Notes: a model not told the origin generated them from the letters alone. A stretch of DNA of 61,946 bases, filler included, from Choristocarpus tenellus KU-1152 (GCA_964200185.2; 7 parts of 7 records of this genome joined end to end with filler, not necessarily neighbours in it), one strand, 5' to 3'; positions 10,830 to 24,530 are shown, counted from the whole stretch's first letter. Program-made: numbers and translations.

Positions 10830-11960
10830 AAAAAAAAAACTCAACGGTAATTCCTACTATATCGTATTGTGGTAGAGTCAAATCAACTGAGAAGTAGGCA
10901 GGGTTGCATTTTATGATCCTGAGAAAGGGCAAAGAGATGTCATCTCGTAAAATTGCAGAAAAGAGACTTTGCTGAATTGTTGTGTCAGTTTGTGTGTGGC
11001 CAGAGAGAACATCAATTTTGCGTACACTACTGTGCGCATAAAGCAGGGATATAGAGAATATTGAACAGAGTAAGAAAGATGGCTTAGAATGCAAAAGGGT
11101 CTAAAACTGCCTACCTCTCAACTGATTTGATTCGGGTACGAAAGATGTATGCCTTTCTTTTCGACAATACCGTGTTTTGTTCTAAAATTACCTTTACTGC
11201 ATCAAGTGTGAAATCGCTACCATGATGAGCCTTAATCCATACTATGTTTGAGATGCAACCCATATTGAGCTGAAACCACTTCTAGGCTGAAGAGGAACCA
11301 AGGACAGAAAATTTCCAAGCAATGAGCCGTAGTATCCGAGAGGGGGGTGCCGTTGAGTATAAAAACAGGGTCTGCAAAACTTCCCTATGGTATAAGTACT
11401 CCTAGCACTATTGAGGGCATTTTTAGTTTGAACTTACCGTAGACAAGCTTTTGTCTCCTCTTCTACAGCCACAGTCTAGCCTCCTGGTGAAATGTAGCTG
11501 TTTTCGGGAATGGGAACAGGAGTGTCAGGCGGAAGATGTCAGAACCCCCTGATACATTCTATAGGATAATATGACTTAGTAAGGAAAGGTGGTGTCGTTA
11601 CATATTTGCAGTTTCTTCGACTGGCTTCTAGTACATGCACTTCTAGTATTCTGAAGGCTAATCTCGAAACTATTATGTAGATGAATGTTGTAACCAAAAT
11701 ATCGTAGACAGGAGTGCCGTTGCTTGTAAGGGATCTCTGTGATGGCCTTCTGGATTTGATGTTGTGCGTGGGATGTGCTTGTGGAAAAAAAATCCTTGAT
11801 CTGGATACACCTTCCACGTCCAAAGGCTCCTGATGAGAGTTACCGCATTTGGGATACCGAAATAGGGTGTCAGGCACATGTTGTATGCCCCCTTATGATC
11901 AAAAGCCCCAAATTCACCACCCTCTACAATACTTAGTCTCTCCGTATCCTCTTCCACAGT
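10830..11960 (-). mobile_element. Highly decayed Ty3/Gypsy-like pol remnant (RT followed by integrase)
   Basis: AFDHKGAYN...FGIPNAVT is RT-like (ORF 11673-11957). Downstream HGSDFT...TSFVPESN..VER is integrase-like (about 11110-11230). Many stops and frameshifts. Confidence 0.4.
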
Positions 11961-12115
11961 CGGAGCTTCCTATGAGGGTAAACTGTATTTCTGGTATGGG
12001 AATTTGAGTGTCAGGTTGAAGGGATCTAAATTGACCCCACCCTAAGGATAGATAGGGTGAATATTTGCCTTTCTCCCTCATGACAAGTTACAAAATCTAC
12101 AAAATATCAGTGGAG

Positions 12116-12520
12116 TGTTATAGGCGAATAGCGCGAGCAGCATACGAGATTTGTACCAAACAGGTGACCTTACAGAATAAATGCTGGTTTCTTAGAAGTT
12201 GTAGGAAAGATTTGAAATTTGAGTACGTATACAGAGGTTGGCAGATGCCTTTCAATTTGTAGTCTGTAGAATTCGAGTGCACGATGCAAATAAATATTAC
12301 TCTGACTGCCACTCATCATATCTCTTGCTCACTCTTTTATTCTCGATTAAAACATTTAGTCAAGCACTGAACTAAGCACTGATTGAAGCATCGAGAGAAG
12401 AGTAGCTGAAACCCATTCGTGGCCATCAACTGTGGAAATACCCCCCGTAGCATCGTTTTAAGGACATTGGAATTAGAGTTACACGTCCTGTGGAGGTGAG
12501 TTCTGGAGCGTGTTATAACA
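12116..12520 (+). mobile_element. Solo LTR (405 bp)
   Basis: Begins TGTTATA, ends TATAACA, and is flanked by the 4-bp direct repeat GGAG. Homologous to 2694-3157. Confidence 0.8.
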
Positions 12521-12666
12521 GGAGTACTTGTTGTAATGAAGAAAATCTTCTTCCACAAAACAAACCAGTGAATTGAAAGAGCGATTATCGATTTCAATGT
12601 GGAAAACGAAACAGGTAGGATCTTCCAATGACCGCAATCTAGTAAATTCAGCTCTCTTGTGGTATT

Positions 12667-12844
12667 GTAAAAAATTACTTGGGAGGGGTGGGGGGTTTAC
12701 AGCATGGTGTCCATTTGGGTCAAAATCAGGAAAAGTGCATTTACAGTAACCATCCGACGTATGCAATCAAATCGCCAAAAATCGCGACATTAAAAAATAA
12801 ACCCCAAATGGACAGCTGCCACCCCCTCACAGATAATTTGAGCC
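12667..12844 (+). mobile_element. MITE family A, diverged copy
   Basis: ggtgtccatttggg...aatcaggaaaagtgca...aaaaatcgcgacat...ccccaaatggacagc...agataatttgagcc. Confidence 0.75.
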
Positions 12845-14565
12845 AGCATTCTATAAATGAGTATTTGGATTACTATAGAAGCTGTCATATGCAGTCACTG
12901 CTGTCTTTAGAGAGACAATGAGTCTCTTCCTAGCTACGGACTTTGCGGAGGTCCAAGCTGACTGCCACATACAATAACCATCTTTGGATGATGGTGTAGC
13001 CGCTGCTGCAGCTGACGCCCTGAAGCACAACCATATAAGAGGTTTTCCGACCAACTTTAAACTTTAACACCTTAGCGGTGGAAGACTTAAGGCGTCTCAG
13101 TTCAAAGGCAAGACAAGTTTCTGGATGAACTGGCAACTCATGTGGAAGATGGTAAGCATAGGGGGCTGGGGGGATTTAAGGAGGAAGGGAATGGTGAAGG
13201 TGCACCTACGATAAATTTGTGTCCATATAACGGGACAACAAGTGGCAATATGAAGGGATGCCATGATGGTGGAAACAGGAGACATTAAGGTCAGTGCACG
13301 AGGCGTGGGGCCTGACCAACTAGTTGGATTCTTTCCTTCTTTCTAGACCACATTCATCGTGCCACCAGTTTAGAAGTATTGTTTCAGGTGATTCATCGTA
13401 TATTTGTTTCTCGAATGTTTTCAGATATAATAATACAACTTGATACATTCTTCCTCGAGTTAAGGGAGTTTGTTTTCTCGTGTTCAAATAATACGTAGCA
13501 TACTACAATCACAGGGTCCTCATTGGAAAGTCTTAATTTATGAATTAGAGGATTTTGAGTTATGGTTGGATGTAATATTTGCCTCATGTCCTGCTTCTTG
13601 TTTTACCATTATGTTGACAATACTTCAAATGGGTACAAACACCATTCTCGTCTCCTAATCTGGACCTTTTTCTAGAAAGTTGTCTGATTTTGTAGGGAAT
13701 GAGTACTATGACTTCTAATTATGAGATAGGATTGATTGTTGATCAACTCACACACAAATTGTCAAGATGTTGGATTATTAGTGCACGATTGCGTGGATAA
13801 ATAGTACAGTAATATGAACATAACCATTGTTCTGAATGATTTTTAAATATACGACTATCGTTGTGCAGAAAGAGTCAAAGGAGATCTGTCTCTCGAACTA
13901 GTTGTATAAAAATAGTATGATACTCCAGTTTGTGGTCCCATTATTAAATAGATGGTTTATCATAATAGAGAAAGAGGTCTTTTAGAAGAAAGATGCATCC
14001 ACATCCAACATTAAATCTGGAAAAATAGTCTGATACCGTTTTTTATACTCTAATTAAACGCTCTATAAATATTAGAGATTTTGTAGTAGAAGAAATGCAG
14101 CGATCACGTTCAGGATCAACTATTGTTGTTATGGTTTTCATTATATTTTTATTCCGAGGAGGTCTGGATTTGATATATTGGTGATTGGATGGAAGCAATA
14201 TAAACTACCCGAATCTCCCGACATCAATGGTTCCTCTTCACAATTGCGCGTATTTTTAAAACATAAATCATACTCCAAAATACGAAATAAATATTTTTTT
14301 CCTTGTTGTAAGTGTCTTAGAGTTCCTAGATCAGTAGATCAAATATATTAGTTTGTAGTTATTGGCATCATGAAGCGACCAATACTCTGTCACAACTTTT
14401 TGTTCATAGAAGGGTTTCTAATAACAGGAGTGTGTGGTATTTAATTTTTGTAATATGAAGGCGTTTCACAACCTGTTCAACTAATAACTTAACTACAACA
14501 TAGTACCCTACCCTAAAAACGAAGACATCCAAATGTCTGTACCACTCCTACCTACTTCAAATGAC

Positions 14566-14596
<31 letters not shown>

Positions 14597-15570
14597 TAAA
14601 TGTCTGTACCACTCCTACCTGCTTCAAATGACATGCATATAAATATTCATCTATATATTCATCTCCACACATAGATGAACATCTTGGATCTACGAACTTA
14701 CAGAGAAACAGAAAAGGCAGTATGACTACTATTGTTTATTCGCTTCCTTTCCTGGGATGGTATGGGTTGTCCGTAACAATAATTGATTTGAGGGCAAGGA
14801 AGAAACATTTTTTCGAGAGGAAAGGTGCTAGTGAGGTAGGGGGGGACCATCCTTTTTGGTCAACAGTCAACGGACGGTCTGGTTTTCCGCTCCAACCATT
14901 TATGCTGTGTAAAAGTCATTTTAATCATACGATTTTTGGTACATGGTACTTATCATAGTACTGGTTTAATTTCTTAGTTGTAGGATTCCTACCATCACTA
15001 TTTGCTGCTGGTATACTTGATTTTATACCTTGCCCAACCATGGAACATCCACCTCAACACCATCCAAATACCCTTTTCTTGACTCTAACTCATACCAAAA
15101 TTGCCCAACTGCCAGGTACGAGTGTTTGTTGTCCTGTACAGATTTCAGAAGTAAAAAGTCGGGTGAATAGAAATATACGAAAGAGACAAAAACACCAAAG
15201 AGACAGCAGGAAGACTAAATAAATGAAAAGATTTCTGCCTATGTATTCAAGGGTCACCAAGGTCAATCGCACATCTCTGCCAATGTCGCACAACGAAACA
15301 TGAGAACAGGTGCATCCAGCTTGTCCTTCCTCCCTTAGGTAACACTTCTCAAACAATCCCTCGACAACCTTGTGCGGAAAACTCACTCGTGTGATCCCCG
15401 TTTCGAACGACGTTGCAGGATCAAGATAACCCTGGTCAGATTCTGCCTACCCTGAAACCCCCCACCCCAAAACCTTGCATCTCCTTTCGCCGCCAAGCGG
15501 CGAGGCTCTATTGGGACGTGCCCACCTCACACATCTGCCCCACCCAGGGGGATCACTGTGGGATACCGCA

Positions 15571-16752
15571 ATGACATCCACCGTACAGAGGCCTCCGACC
15601 AGCGCGGTGCCTGGATATCCCCCAGCATCCTCGCGATCCGTAAACCCTGGAACGCCCCTCCTTCCCACCATCAGTCCGGAGGTTCCTACCGTTCGAAAGG
15701 CAGCAGAGAAGGATTGTGCAGGAGAGCTAGAGGTATCAATCGATCTCAAGCAGCTCCCGGAGACCGATGACGGCGACTCAACGAATGATGGCAGTTCACC
15801 AGAGGTATCGACTATGCGCACCAATCATTGGGCATGTTGTTAAGACATATCTGTTCTACCCCTTACCAAGGCTTCTAAAGTCAATGCATGTCATCTGCAT
15901 GTGCATTCATTGTAGCTTGCTACACTAGTGTCTAAGCTGTTACTAAGTACATAGATGTGAAAGAGTCAAGTCATGTAGCCTCTAAGTCTTGTTGAGAAAG
16001 GACATGGATAACGCTTTTCACATGTTACACCTACCTAGTCAACCCGTACCTTGTGCATCAGTTCTCCCTGCTCCCTGCACCTTATCTCGTCAATCTTTTC
16101 CACCTCGTAACCCTCTGACCCTTGCTGTACGACCAATTGTTCGTCTACTTGTCGGTTCTCAACCCCAACACTTATCGGCAGGGAAAGAGTGACTCTTCGC
16201 CATCCCAGCCAGGCCAAAACAACCTGATAGTCAACTATTTACCATCTCACATCACGGAGCCGGACCTGAGGGTGGGTAAATCCGCAAGAAACATTGCCTC
16301 AAAGAAGTGGGCAGCGAATTGTTCGATCTTCAGGCGATCTCCTTTCCCGAGATGGAAACAATCCTGGATCCCCAATTCTGTAGTCACTTCTCCTGCTATT
16401 TGATTGCAACCGAATTTCTCTTGAATTGGTATTGCACGTATACACGTCTTGGCAGACACTTGGTGCTTGTCACTGGAGGACAAAAACATCGCTACAGTGT
16501 GATGTTTATGCCTCTAAGCCCCCATGGGCAGTGAGCATTGAACAATCTTTACCTGCACCCTCTACAATGCATTGTAAATGTGCTGGCAGAACATATTTGC
16601 GGGTCACGGGACCCTGCTGCATGTAAAGGTGGTGTACGATCGTTCAACTGGCAAGAGCATGGGATATGGGTTCGTCAAATATGCTACCGATGAAGAAGCT
16701 GCCGCAGCGACCGCAGCGACAAACGGATTACAAATCGCGAAAAAACGAATCA

Positions 16753-16783
<31 letters not shown>

Positions 16784-19700
16784 GCTCTCCACTTGTGGTC
16801 TTTCATTCGCATTGCAGCCTTGTGATGTAAAAGCATGACCTACATGCCATCACAAGAGTTGCTCCCTGTGTTCTATTCCTGCACTGATCAATAGCTTAGA
16901 TGTTTGAAACAATAAGCTTGAAGTTAATTGTCCTTTTTTGGATGTGTCAAATGTTTTTCTCCACTGTGGCTCGAAGCTATGCGTACATGTTCTACTGTGT
17001 ATTTACCTTGTCCTGCACACAATTTAGGTCAGCGTGGCACGACCATCGTCCAAGGACATCAAAAATTCTAAGCTGTATGTGACCAATCTCCCTGACAACT
17101 TCACGCAGGATGATGTCATCCAAGCGTTTGAGCAGGTGGGGGAGAGAAACTAACCAGGGATTGCACTGATGTGACAGTCGTGATGGCATTGACTCTTTGG
17201 TTTCTTGGTTCTATTCCCTGTAGGGGTCAATCGGATTAGTTTGCATGCACTTGATGAATCATAGCTGCCCCGGACAGAGCCGCCATTTGTCTTTCCCTTG
17301 TCTACCTTGTTAATATTAGTTGTGCCAAACATTGAACCAACTCCACCTCAAACTCCCTCATCTAGGCTTGTTCCATAATTTTGTCGTGTATAGCACGTTA
17401 ACACTTGTACAACCTGTACATTTCAACCAAATTATCTGTGCCAATGTGGGTAGGTGGAAAAAAAAGTAAGGAGGGAGTCAATATGTCATCTTTCATACCT
17501 GCCTGACATACCCCTCCACTCTAAACAACTGTATGTATCTTCTCCATTGCAGTTTGGAAAAATAATAGAATGCAGAACTCTTGTGGACCGGAAGACCGGA
17601 CTCAGTCGTTGCACCGCATTCGTCCAGTTTGACACCCGGCGTGAGGCAAAGGTATCAAACAAGGGTGTAGACAAAAATGATTGTCTAGGCATGGCTCAAA
17701 GTACCTGGGAGGTGTGATGGTTGTCCGTTTTGGGTCCATTTTTCCATGCCATGATTTTTGGGTGATATGGTTGCATGCATCAGATGGATAATATAAGTGC
17801 ACTTCTCCTTGTCAGTTTCCAAATAGACACCCTGGTGTCGACCACCTCCCCCCAGATACTTTAAGCCCATGAGTAGAAAATATATTGCCTTGAGCTACCA
17901 AAGTAGATGGATTATGGTCTACTTCATGACAAGAATCGATATGGGTACCGATGAATTAGCAGCTGTGATCTGTATCATTGTAGGCAACAGCACATTTCTG
18001 TAGTGGGGTACATTACAATGAACTTGTGACACCCTGTTGCCTGGCTGATAACATGTTTTGATGTCTTTGAAATATATACAAAATAAAAAGTCGATGGCTC
18101 TCGTTTCATCCCTCAAAACTGGTACAACTCAAGTTGGCAATTTTTGTGAGTATGCTAGGATTTTGTGAAACATAGGAGCAAACAACTATGTGGACTGTGG
18201 GCTGAACCCTCATGTACTCAGGTTTGTTATGCACTGGCAGCACCTAATCAATTAATAGTTTTGTGTGTCGGCCTGTATTCCACAAACGAGAAACCCAGAG
18301 CCCTTACATTACATACACACTCCACTGGTACTGTGTCCCATTCGTTCTATAGCATGCCCTCAAATATATGCATGGTGGAAACCTGTCTGGGGCAAAGAAG
18401 CCCCTCCTTGTGAAGTTTGCTGAAGATCACCATCGCCGACTTCAACGACATGCTCAGGTAAACAAAACTGCAGGCACACGAGTGTTCAAAAATTGGAGAT
18501 ATTTTCTGAAAAGCGGAGTTCATCACGCCTTGCTACAGGTGCACATTCAACAACTCTCCAAAGTTCAAAAGGCCTTGATGCACCATGCTCACTATCAATT
18601 GGTTATTATTCCCTCTTTTTGCTTCCAATCTCATTGCTCTGTCTTCATCTCTTCTCCCTACAGCCCAAAGGTGCCGTGATAGACCAACCTCAGGTGGGAC
18701 TTCCCCAGTTTATGCCATATGCAGCCCCCATTCGCCCTGTGAAGGGGGGTGGAAAGGGGGGACATAAGGGGAGGAGTGGAACTGGAGGAGGTTTATACCG
18801 TGGTGATGTAATGGTGCAGGTATGTTGAAAAGAGGAAGAAGTAAGAACACATTTACGCAGTTTAGGGTTTTGTGAGATTAATAATCATTGGTTAAGGCTT
18901 ACAGGTCAAGCAAATTATGGATGGTGGTGGAAGTGGGATGAAATAGCTGATGTAGTGATCTGCTGTGGGACTTGTGGGATGGCCCCAGAAGGTGTTTGTG
19001 GAGAACACGTAAACTGAATACCTCAAAGCTCACAGCAGGTTCATGCCTTCAAAAATCCTTTGTTCCTATATTGGTATTCCTATCATTTACTTCAAGTGTT
19101 TGGGGAGGCATTTTATTGTCCTGTCTTACCAAATCAAGAGAAAAGTGATCTGATTAGGATTCTGACACTCATAGAGGTCAGTCATGTCATGGCCTACGAG
19201 GATATCTGATCCCAGCACCAGCATTCTTGAAAGCCCGTTTTTACTTGCCTTGCCTCCACTGTAGGAAAGTATGGTGCAATTTGCAGCGGCCTGTGAACCA
19301 TTCACAAAAATGAATGACAAAATGCTCCATGGATGTGTAAGTGCTAGTTCAGACTACCTAGTTGAACAAAACTGTCACAGCATTTCATACAGTGCTCCCC
19401 AATCTCAGCTATTGCATATACACAAAACCTGACACCATGAGCACCATCGATGCACATGGTGCACTGTCTAGGTTCTTGAGTATCCCCACACATTACCCGC
19501 ATCTGTCGCACAACACGCCTTCATGCAGATGCCCCCAGGACACGCCCCAGGTGCCACACACATGGGGACAGGGTACATGCCCCACTCCATGGGTGTGCCA
19601 GGGTCATCCGGAGAGGGAACAGACCCTTCCTCGTTGGGACAGGTAGGGTGCGGACTGCCTGGATGGGCACAGTCCAACTAGTGTGCATGAACTTTGAATG

Positions 19701-20607
19701 CAGTTGCTGTATTGTATTATACTCACAGTTGATACTTGATGGACTGTGCTACTAACAGCCTAAACTTGATTGACTCTGAAAATGACGTCAAAAGCGTTGA
19801 AAAGGACCCAACCTCACATTGGTCCTTTCCCATTTGTCTTTCTTGTACAGCAGCAACAGCAAAGCATGGTGGGTAGATATGCTATGGCAAATCATAGTAA
19901 TGCAGCAGCGGCGGCAGCAGCATATGGTGCAGCAGCAGCAGCAGCGCAGGGTGGATACAACATGATGGGCCTAAACAATGCCCTTGCCATGATGAGTGTC
20001 AATGGTGCTGGCTACGCAATGCCCAGCTCCCCAATGATGAGGGGGGGGCAGGGACAAGGGATCTTGCCCCAGATGCAGGTGCCACCTGCCTATGCAAACA
20101 CAGGCAATGGAGGTGAGAGAGAGGTAGGCGGAGGGAAAGATGCACAGTGTTGTAGGTGGTGCTTGTAGGTATAAATGATGATGAGAGAGATGTATTGTTT
20201 AGTGTAACACAAGACTTCAGTAGGAGCTCCCTGCTTGTGGTCCCTGCTTGTCGATTCTCTGGGCTGAATTTTTTCTTGTTTATTTTTGATTTGTGGAAGA
20301 AGGCAAGTTCAGAAAAAAAAGCATTACTGAAAGACAAAATTGAAATAATGAAATTGTTCTTTTTAAAATATGAGAATATCACTCTACTCTTCCCCCTCTT
20401 GCCCATCCCATTCTCCCCTTACAATTATTTTCTGTGCTTTTTTCCATTTAATACCTCACAAAAGGCATCAACTATGGGACCATGGGAAATGGCATCCCCC
20501 AGCCCCACCCAGCAGGGCCCATGACACCAGAGATCACACAGCAAGGTGGTGTGGTGCCTTCCCTGGAGCGAGGCACCCCTAATAACCCATTTGCCCTCCG
20601 TATGTGA
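15571..20607 (+). CDS. ELAV/Hu-family RNA-binding protein with two RRMs and a low-complexity C-terminus (about 491 aa, 10 exons)
   Basis: Exons 15571-15804, 16182-16271, 16590-16754, 17028-17135, 17553-17651, 18353-18457, 18664-18819, 19529-19642, 19851-20112 and 20465-20607; all introns GT-AG and phase-consistent. RRM1: NNLIVNYLP...KSMGYGFVKY...RIKVSVARPSSKDIKNS. RRM2: KLYVTNLP...FGKIIECRTLVDRKTGLSRCTAFVQF...PLLVKFA. The RRM1 start and inter-RRM linker are typical of ELAV/Hu/Sxl proteins. First and last exons are less certain. Confidence 0.9.
17693..17867 (-). mobile_element. MITE family A copy in intron 5 of the ELAV-like gene
   Basis: TIRs ggctcaaagtacctggg / cccagatactttaagcc; lies about 40 bp downstream of the donor at 17652. 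Confidence 0.85.
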
Positions 20608-23600
20608 TGCCGAGAGAACTACTTTTGTTTAAAGTGACTGTGTTGGTGTTACATGGTGTTAGTTGGCGTTGCCATTACTCTGCATGTTCTTGCCGTCGCC
20701 ACTCCCACTCCTCTGGCAACCTTGCCTTGCATTTCAATCCCACCCATGGAATCCTTCCTGTGTCCCACATGGCACCTAGATAGCACTGTGGTTATGATGA
20801 GAAAACAGCCCTAAATGCTGTGTGTGGGAATAGTGAGTACTGTAGCAAGATAATGGATGTTGGGGGTGTGTTGATTGGAAGTTGGAGGGAGAGGAGAAAT
20901 AGTCACTACTGCTTGTGCAACAGGGTTGCCCTCCCTGTCTTTGCAAAGGTGTTGATTGTTCTGATAAGTGCCAGGTTTTGAGAGGGGGGGAGGGCAAGGG
21001 GAGATCAATTATGGTGCATGTTCAGGATGAAAGTGTTACTGTCAGGACATAGTGTGGTGCCGGAATGCAAGTGAAGTATTGAGGGTTGTTTTTATTCACA
21101 ATAGGGGATGTCATTGGCAGGAGGGATAATGCCAGTGGAATGTCGGGTTCTGGAATTATGGTCTTGATCCCAGTTGCATGTGGCCCGCTGTAACTCTTGA
21201 CTTGTATCCAACAGTGGTCAAATGCTCTTGCCAGTCTGTGATAAATGTGGGATTATAAGATGCGAGGAGATGGGTGGGAAAGACAAATGTGACAAGGCAA
21301 ATATAGGGAGGTTGTGGATTTTGAGTGAGAGGAGTCTCAAATCAACTTTTGATTTGTCGACAGACTTTATTAGTAGCAGTAGGTGAAAATGCTGCAAGGT
21401 GGGTAAGGCATTGAAGGAGGAATGAAACAAGGGTCAATTCATCACTACTGTAGGATGTATGATGAGTGGCATGTGTCCCTGTTTCTTCCGACCTTAAGGT
21501 AACAAAAGAGGGGCACACAAAATGTAGGGTCATGACTGGAGTGAACATGTGGGTGTTGTGGATTTGGGAGCACAGTTTGTAAGCAAAGGTGTCCATCCTG
21601 ACCGTGCAGTTTGGACCCATTTAGGACTTGAACTATTCGTTTGAACATTTGTGTGTATTTAGGGATTCAAACAGTAGGGTGGATGTCAACTTCTACAAGT
21701 GTTGACAACCTAAAAAGTGGATGGTAGAAGTGCAATTTTGTCACCATCTCAATGATGTGTGGAGGATGACATGGCAGAGAGGAGAGGGTGTTGCTGAATA
21801 GTTCTAACTGAGAGGAGGGTCAAGGAACATGCTTTTAATCTTCATGTCTGATAGTGTGGTGGGTGGAGTGGATTGACAAAGGAGGTGGGCAGGCATTGGT
21901 TCAAATGCATGTCTTTACACCTTTTAAGGAGTTTAGTCATTACTAGGGAGCATGGGAATGGAGGGCATTCTGCACACAATAGAGTAGCATCCACCCCCAG
22001 CCAATGTCTGATGTGGAGGTACGCAGACAAGGATTCATCTCTGTAGATTGGAAGGGGTTTACTGCAGTGGTACTGTATTGACGCTTTGTGAGCATGATCG
22101 CATCGCATTTGGGCATTGACCTTGGAGGACGTCCAACTTGGGATAGGTATGCCAAATCTTCAGGCGTAAATAAAACTATCAATTGCTTTTGCTTGTTGGT
22201 TGGGTAGTGGGGGGAAGATTCATGTGACTAGGGCGGAGTATTTGTGCTGTGCTTGTTCTTCAGATGTTTGTTGAATTAATAGTGTTTCATGTCGCCTTGC
22301 TCCACTTTACAGGGTGGGAAAAGGAGGGAGAGGCAGAGAGCTAGAAATGGAAGTCTTCAGACAAAATGAATAAATAGTTATATTGGAATAATGTACCAAT
22401 GTGTTTATGTCTACGGTTGTGCAAGGATTGCACCCACTACCACTTTCTCATCATATCCACTGTTTGGCACCCCTACTAAACGAGGGAGCAGGTGGTGAAC
22501 CCGCTACCATTTTTGATGTTGCCGTATTTTGCTATCAAATAGAATTTGCACGGCTTCAACACTACTTGCAGGCTCACAATGACGAAGTACCCTAAAAAAT
22601 ATCTGTGAGGACAGAATCTCGATCCTGATTTTTAATAGCAATTAAATGTTTTAGTGTAAGCACCACTTTCCACTGGAAGCGCAAGTATAGCAACTGATTT
22701 AATACCAGGTGTAATTAAGCATTTCACATATCTTCTGTAGTTTGCTCACTAACCACCACTTAGACCATAACCACTCTTCCAACATGTAACTAATATATTT
22801 TCCAACATAGTGATTAGAGAATCATTTTCAACTTAAATTCTTTCTACTCCTTTTTCTGCATTTTTTTTCGCAAGTTTCAGTGTCATTTATAACCACGTTA
22901 AATATTCTATCACCACAATATGCATCCATGAAGTCTATAACCGCCCTGTGAACCAACCACATTCTCGTGGTCAAGATCTGTTATCCAAGATCCTCAATCC
23001 ACATATTTCTGTATTTTATTATTATGCCCTCTAACATTTTACAGATGTGTCAGGGGAAACAAATGAAGACTATACATATGTCATTATATTTCTGTATCAT
23101 AAGAATTCTCTATTATCTCAGAACACTCATACCAATAGTCATCAATAAATAAAAGGTCCTCCAATTCATTTACATTTTCTTCGCTTCATTAACATTATTG
23201 CTGTTCGACTCAAATAGGGATTTATACTGTAGACATTTTGCCCTTCATTTTGCTGGTAACATCCAGAAACTGAGAGAGTCCTTGTGTTTGCAACTTCAGT
23301 GTTAATTTGATTAAACACTTCATATACCATTATTGGTAGAATGTTTGCTTAGACTTCGTCGATTTGAAAGTTTGACTGTGTTAAAAGATCGAAGTATAAA
23401 TATTTTGGTTCAAGGTCTTTTCGTTTTTTGAAGATTTACGTTTTCGTTTTCCATTTATTAAGATTAAGGTCTGTTTTGTTTTTTACTTTTTCCAGGAAAC
23501 TACAAAAGAAGCATTCTCCCCCTTTTAATACTCCCAATATATCTATAATGTTTAAAAATTGGATTAGAAGCTAATATTTCTTCTGTTTCGTCTAGAATTC

Positions 23601-24069
23601 GTCCAAATTGCAAAAAAATTAAAATATCTATTAAACCCAAAGGTCCTGACAAACCCCCAGAAACAACTACAGTGTTGGCAGTCGCCTCCTCGATCAACTT
23701 TGTCGTGCCATAACTTCTGATCAACAACAATTTTTTTCATGAAAATTCGTTTGTTGTAATCGCATCAGCATGCTTAACCTTAGTTGATGGGTCTCGGTTG
23801 GCCAACTTGCGGTAATCGTGAGAAATACAGGACCATACTTAAATCAAGTATTTCGCGCGCACTGTTCGCACGGGGGGTGCCACGCGGCACCCACGAACCG
23901 CTCATTTAAGGACGATTTTGACACCTGAAGAGGTCATCTTCACCCGGAGAAAACATGGGCGTTGTTGTCTCTCCATTCTCTTTTCATTATTTCCCGTTTA
24001 TTTATGCGATGTTGTCACCTGTTGGCTAAGGCTCACTTATGGGGACCCAGGTCTCTGAATATCCATACC

Positions 24070-24530
24070 AAGTCAAATGAGGTATTCTGAAGGTGCAGAC
24101 CTCCTGTGAGACTTAAATGTCTTGTACACCCTGTCCAATTTGGTGCACTTCATGCCTTTCTCGTTGGAATATATCTGGTGGTAAGCAATACTCAACCTGA
24201 AGAACCTCTCTACAATTACTCTGGACAGCCGCCCTTCCTCCTTCAGACTGACAGGAATATCGGCTCTCATTCCAAGCAAGTGTAGTCACAGTGGCCTCGT
24301 ACATAGTGCTGCTTCGCCCGCCCCCAGACCATCTCTATCGGGTTCAATTCACAGTGGTACTTTGGAAGCATCAAGCAGTGTCCTCCAAGACGCTCAACGA
24401 GAATCGTGTCCTGTGTGTATGGCTTAAACAGTATCAAGCCGATGTTAGCCCATGTACCGTTTTGGCGGTGACCAATCTTGATTTTTGTTAAAGGGTTGCC
24501 CAACGAGTTAATCGACGATGAGCATATCAA
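24070..24530 (-). mobile_element. Tc1/IS630-type DDE transposase C-terminal fragment (pseudogene)
   Basis: [35 protein letters not shown] carries the [12 protein letters not shown] catalytic-E motif and is followed by stops. Confidence 0.75.

Noticed and set aside
13370-14500. AT-rich coding-like tract, and a similar one at about 23100-23800, considered as viral or Polinton remnants
   Set aside because: Only short broken frames with no recognisable hallmark motif; cannot be supported without a profile search.
14531-14634. 37-bp direct repeat flanking an (AT)n run
   Set aside because: Simple local duplication; no element lies between the copies.
15090-15386. Possible divergent minus-strand gene upstream of the ELAV-like gene (GTGAGT donor-like site near 15386)
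   Set aside because: No downstream exons or recognisable protein could be linked.
20605-20607. TGA as selenocysteine read-through
   Set aside because: No redox motif context, another TGA follows within a few codons, and no SECIS was identified.
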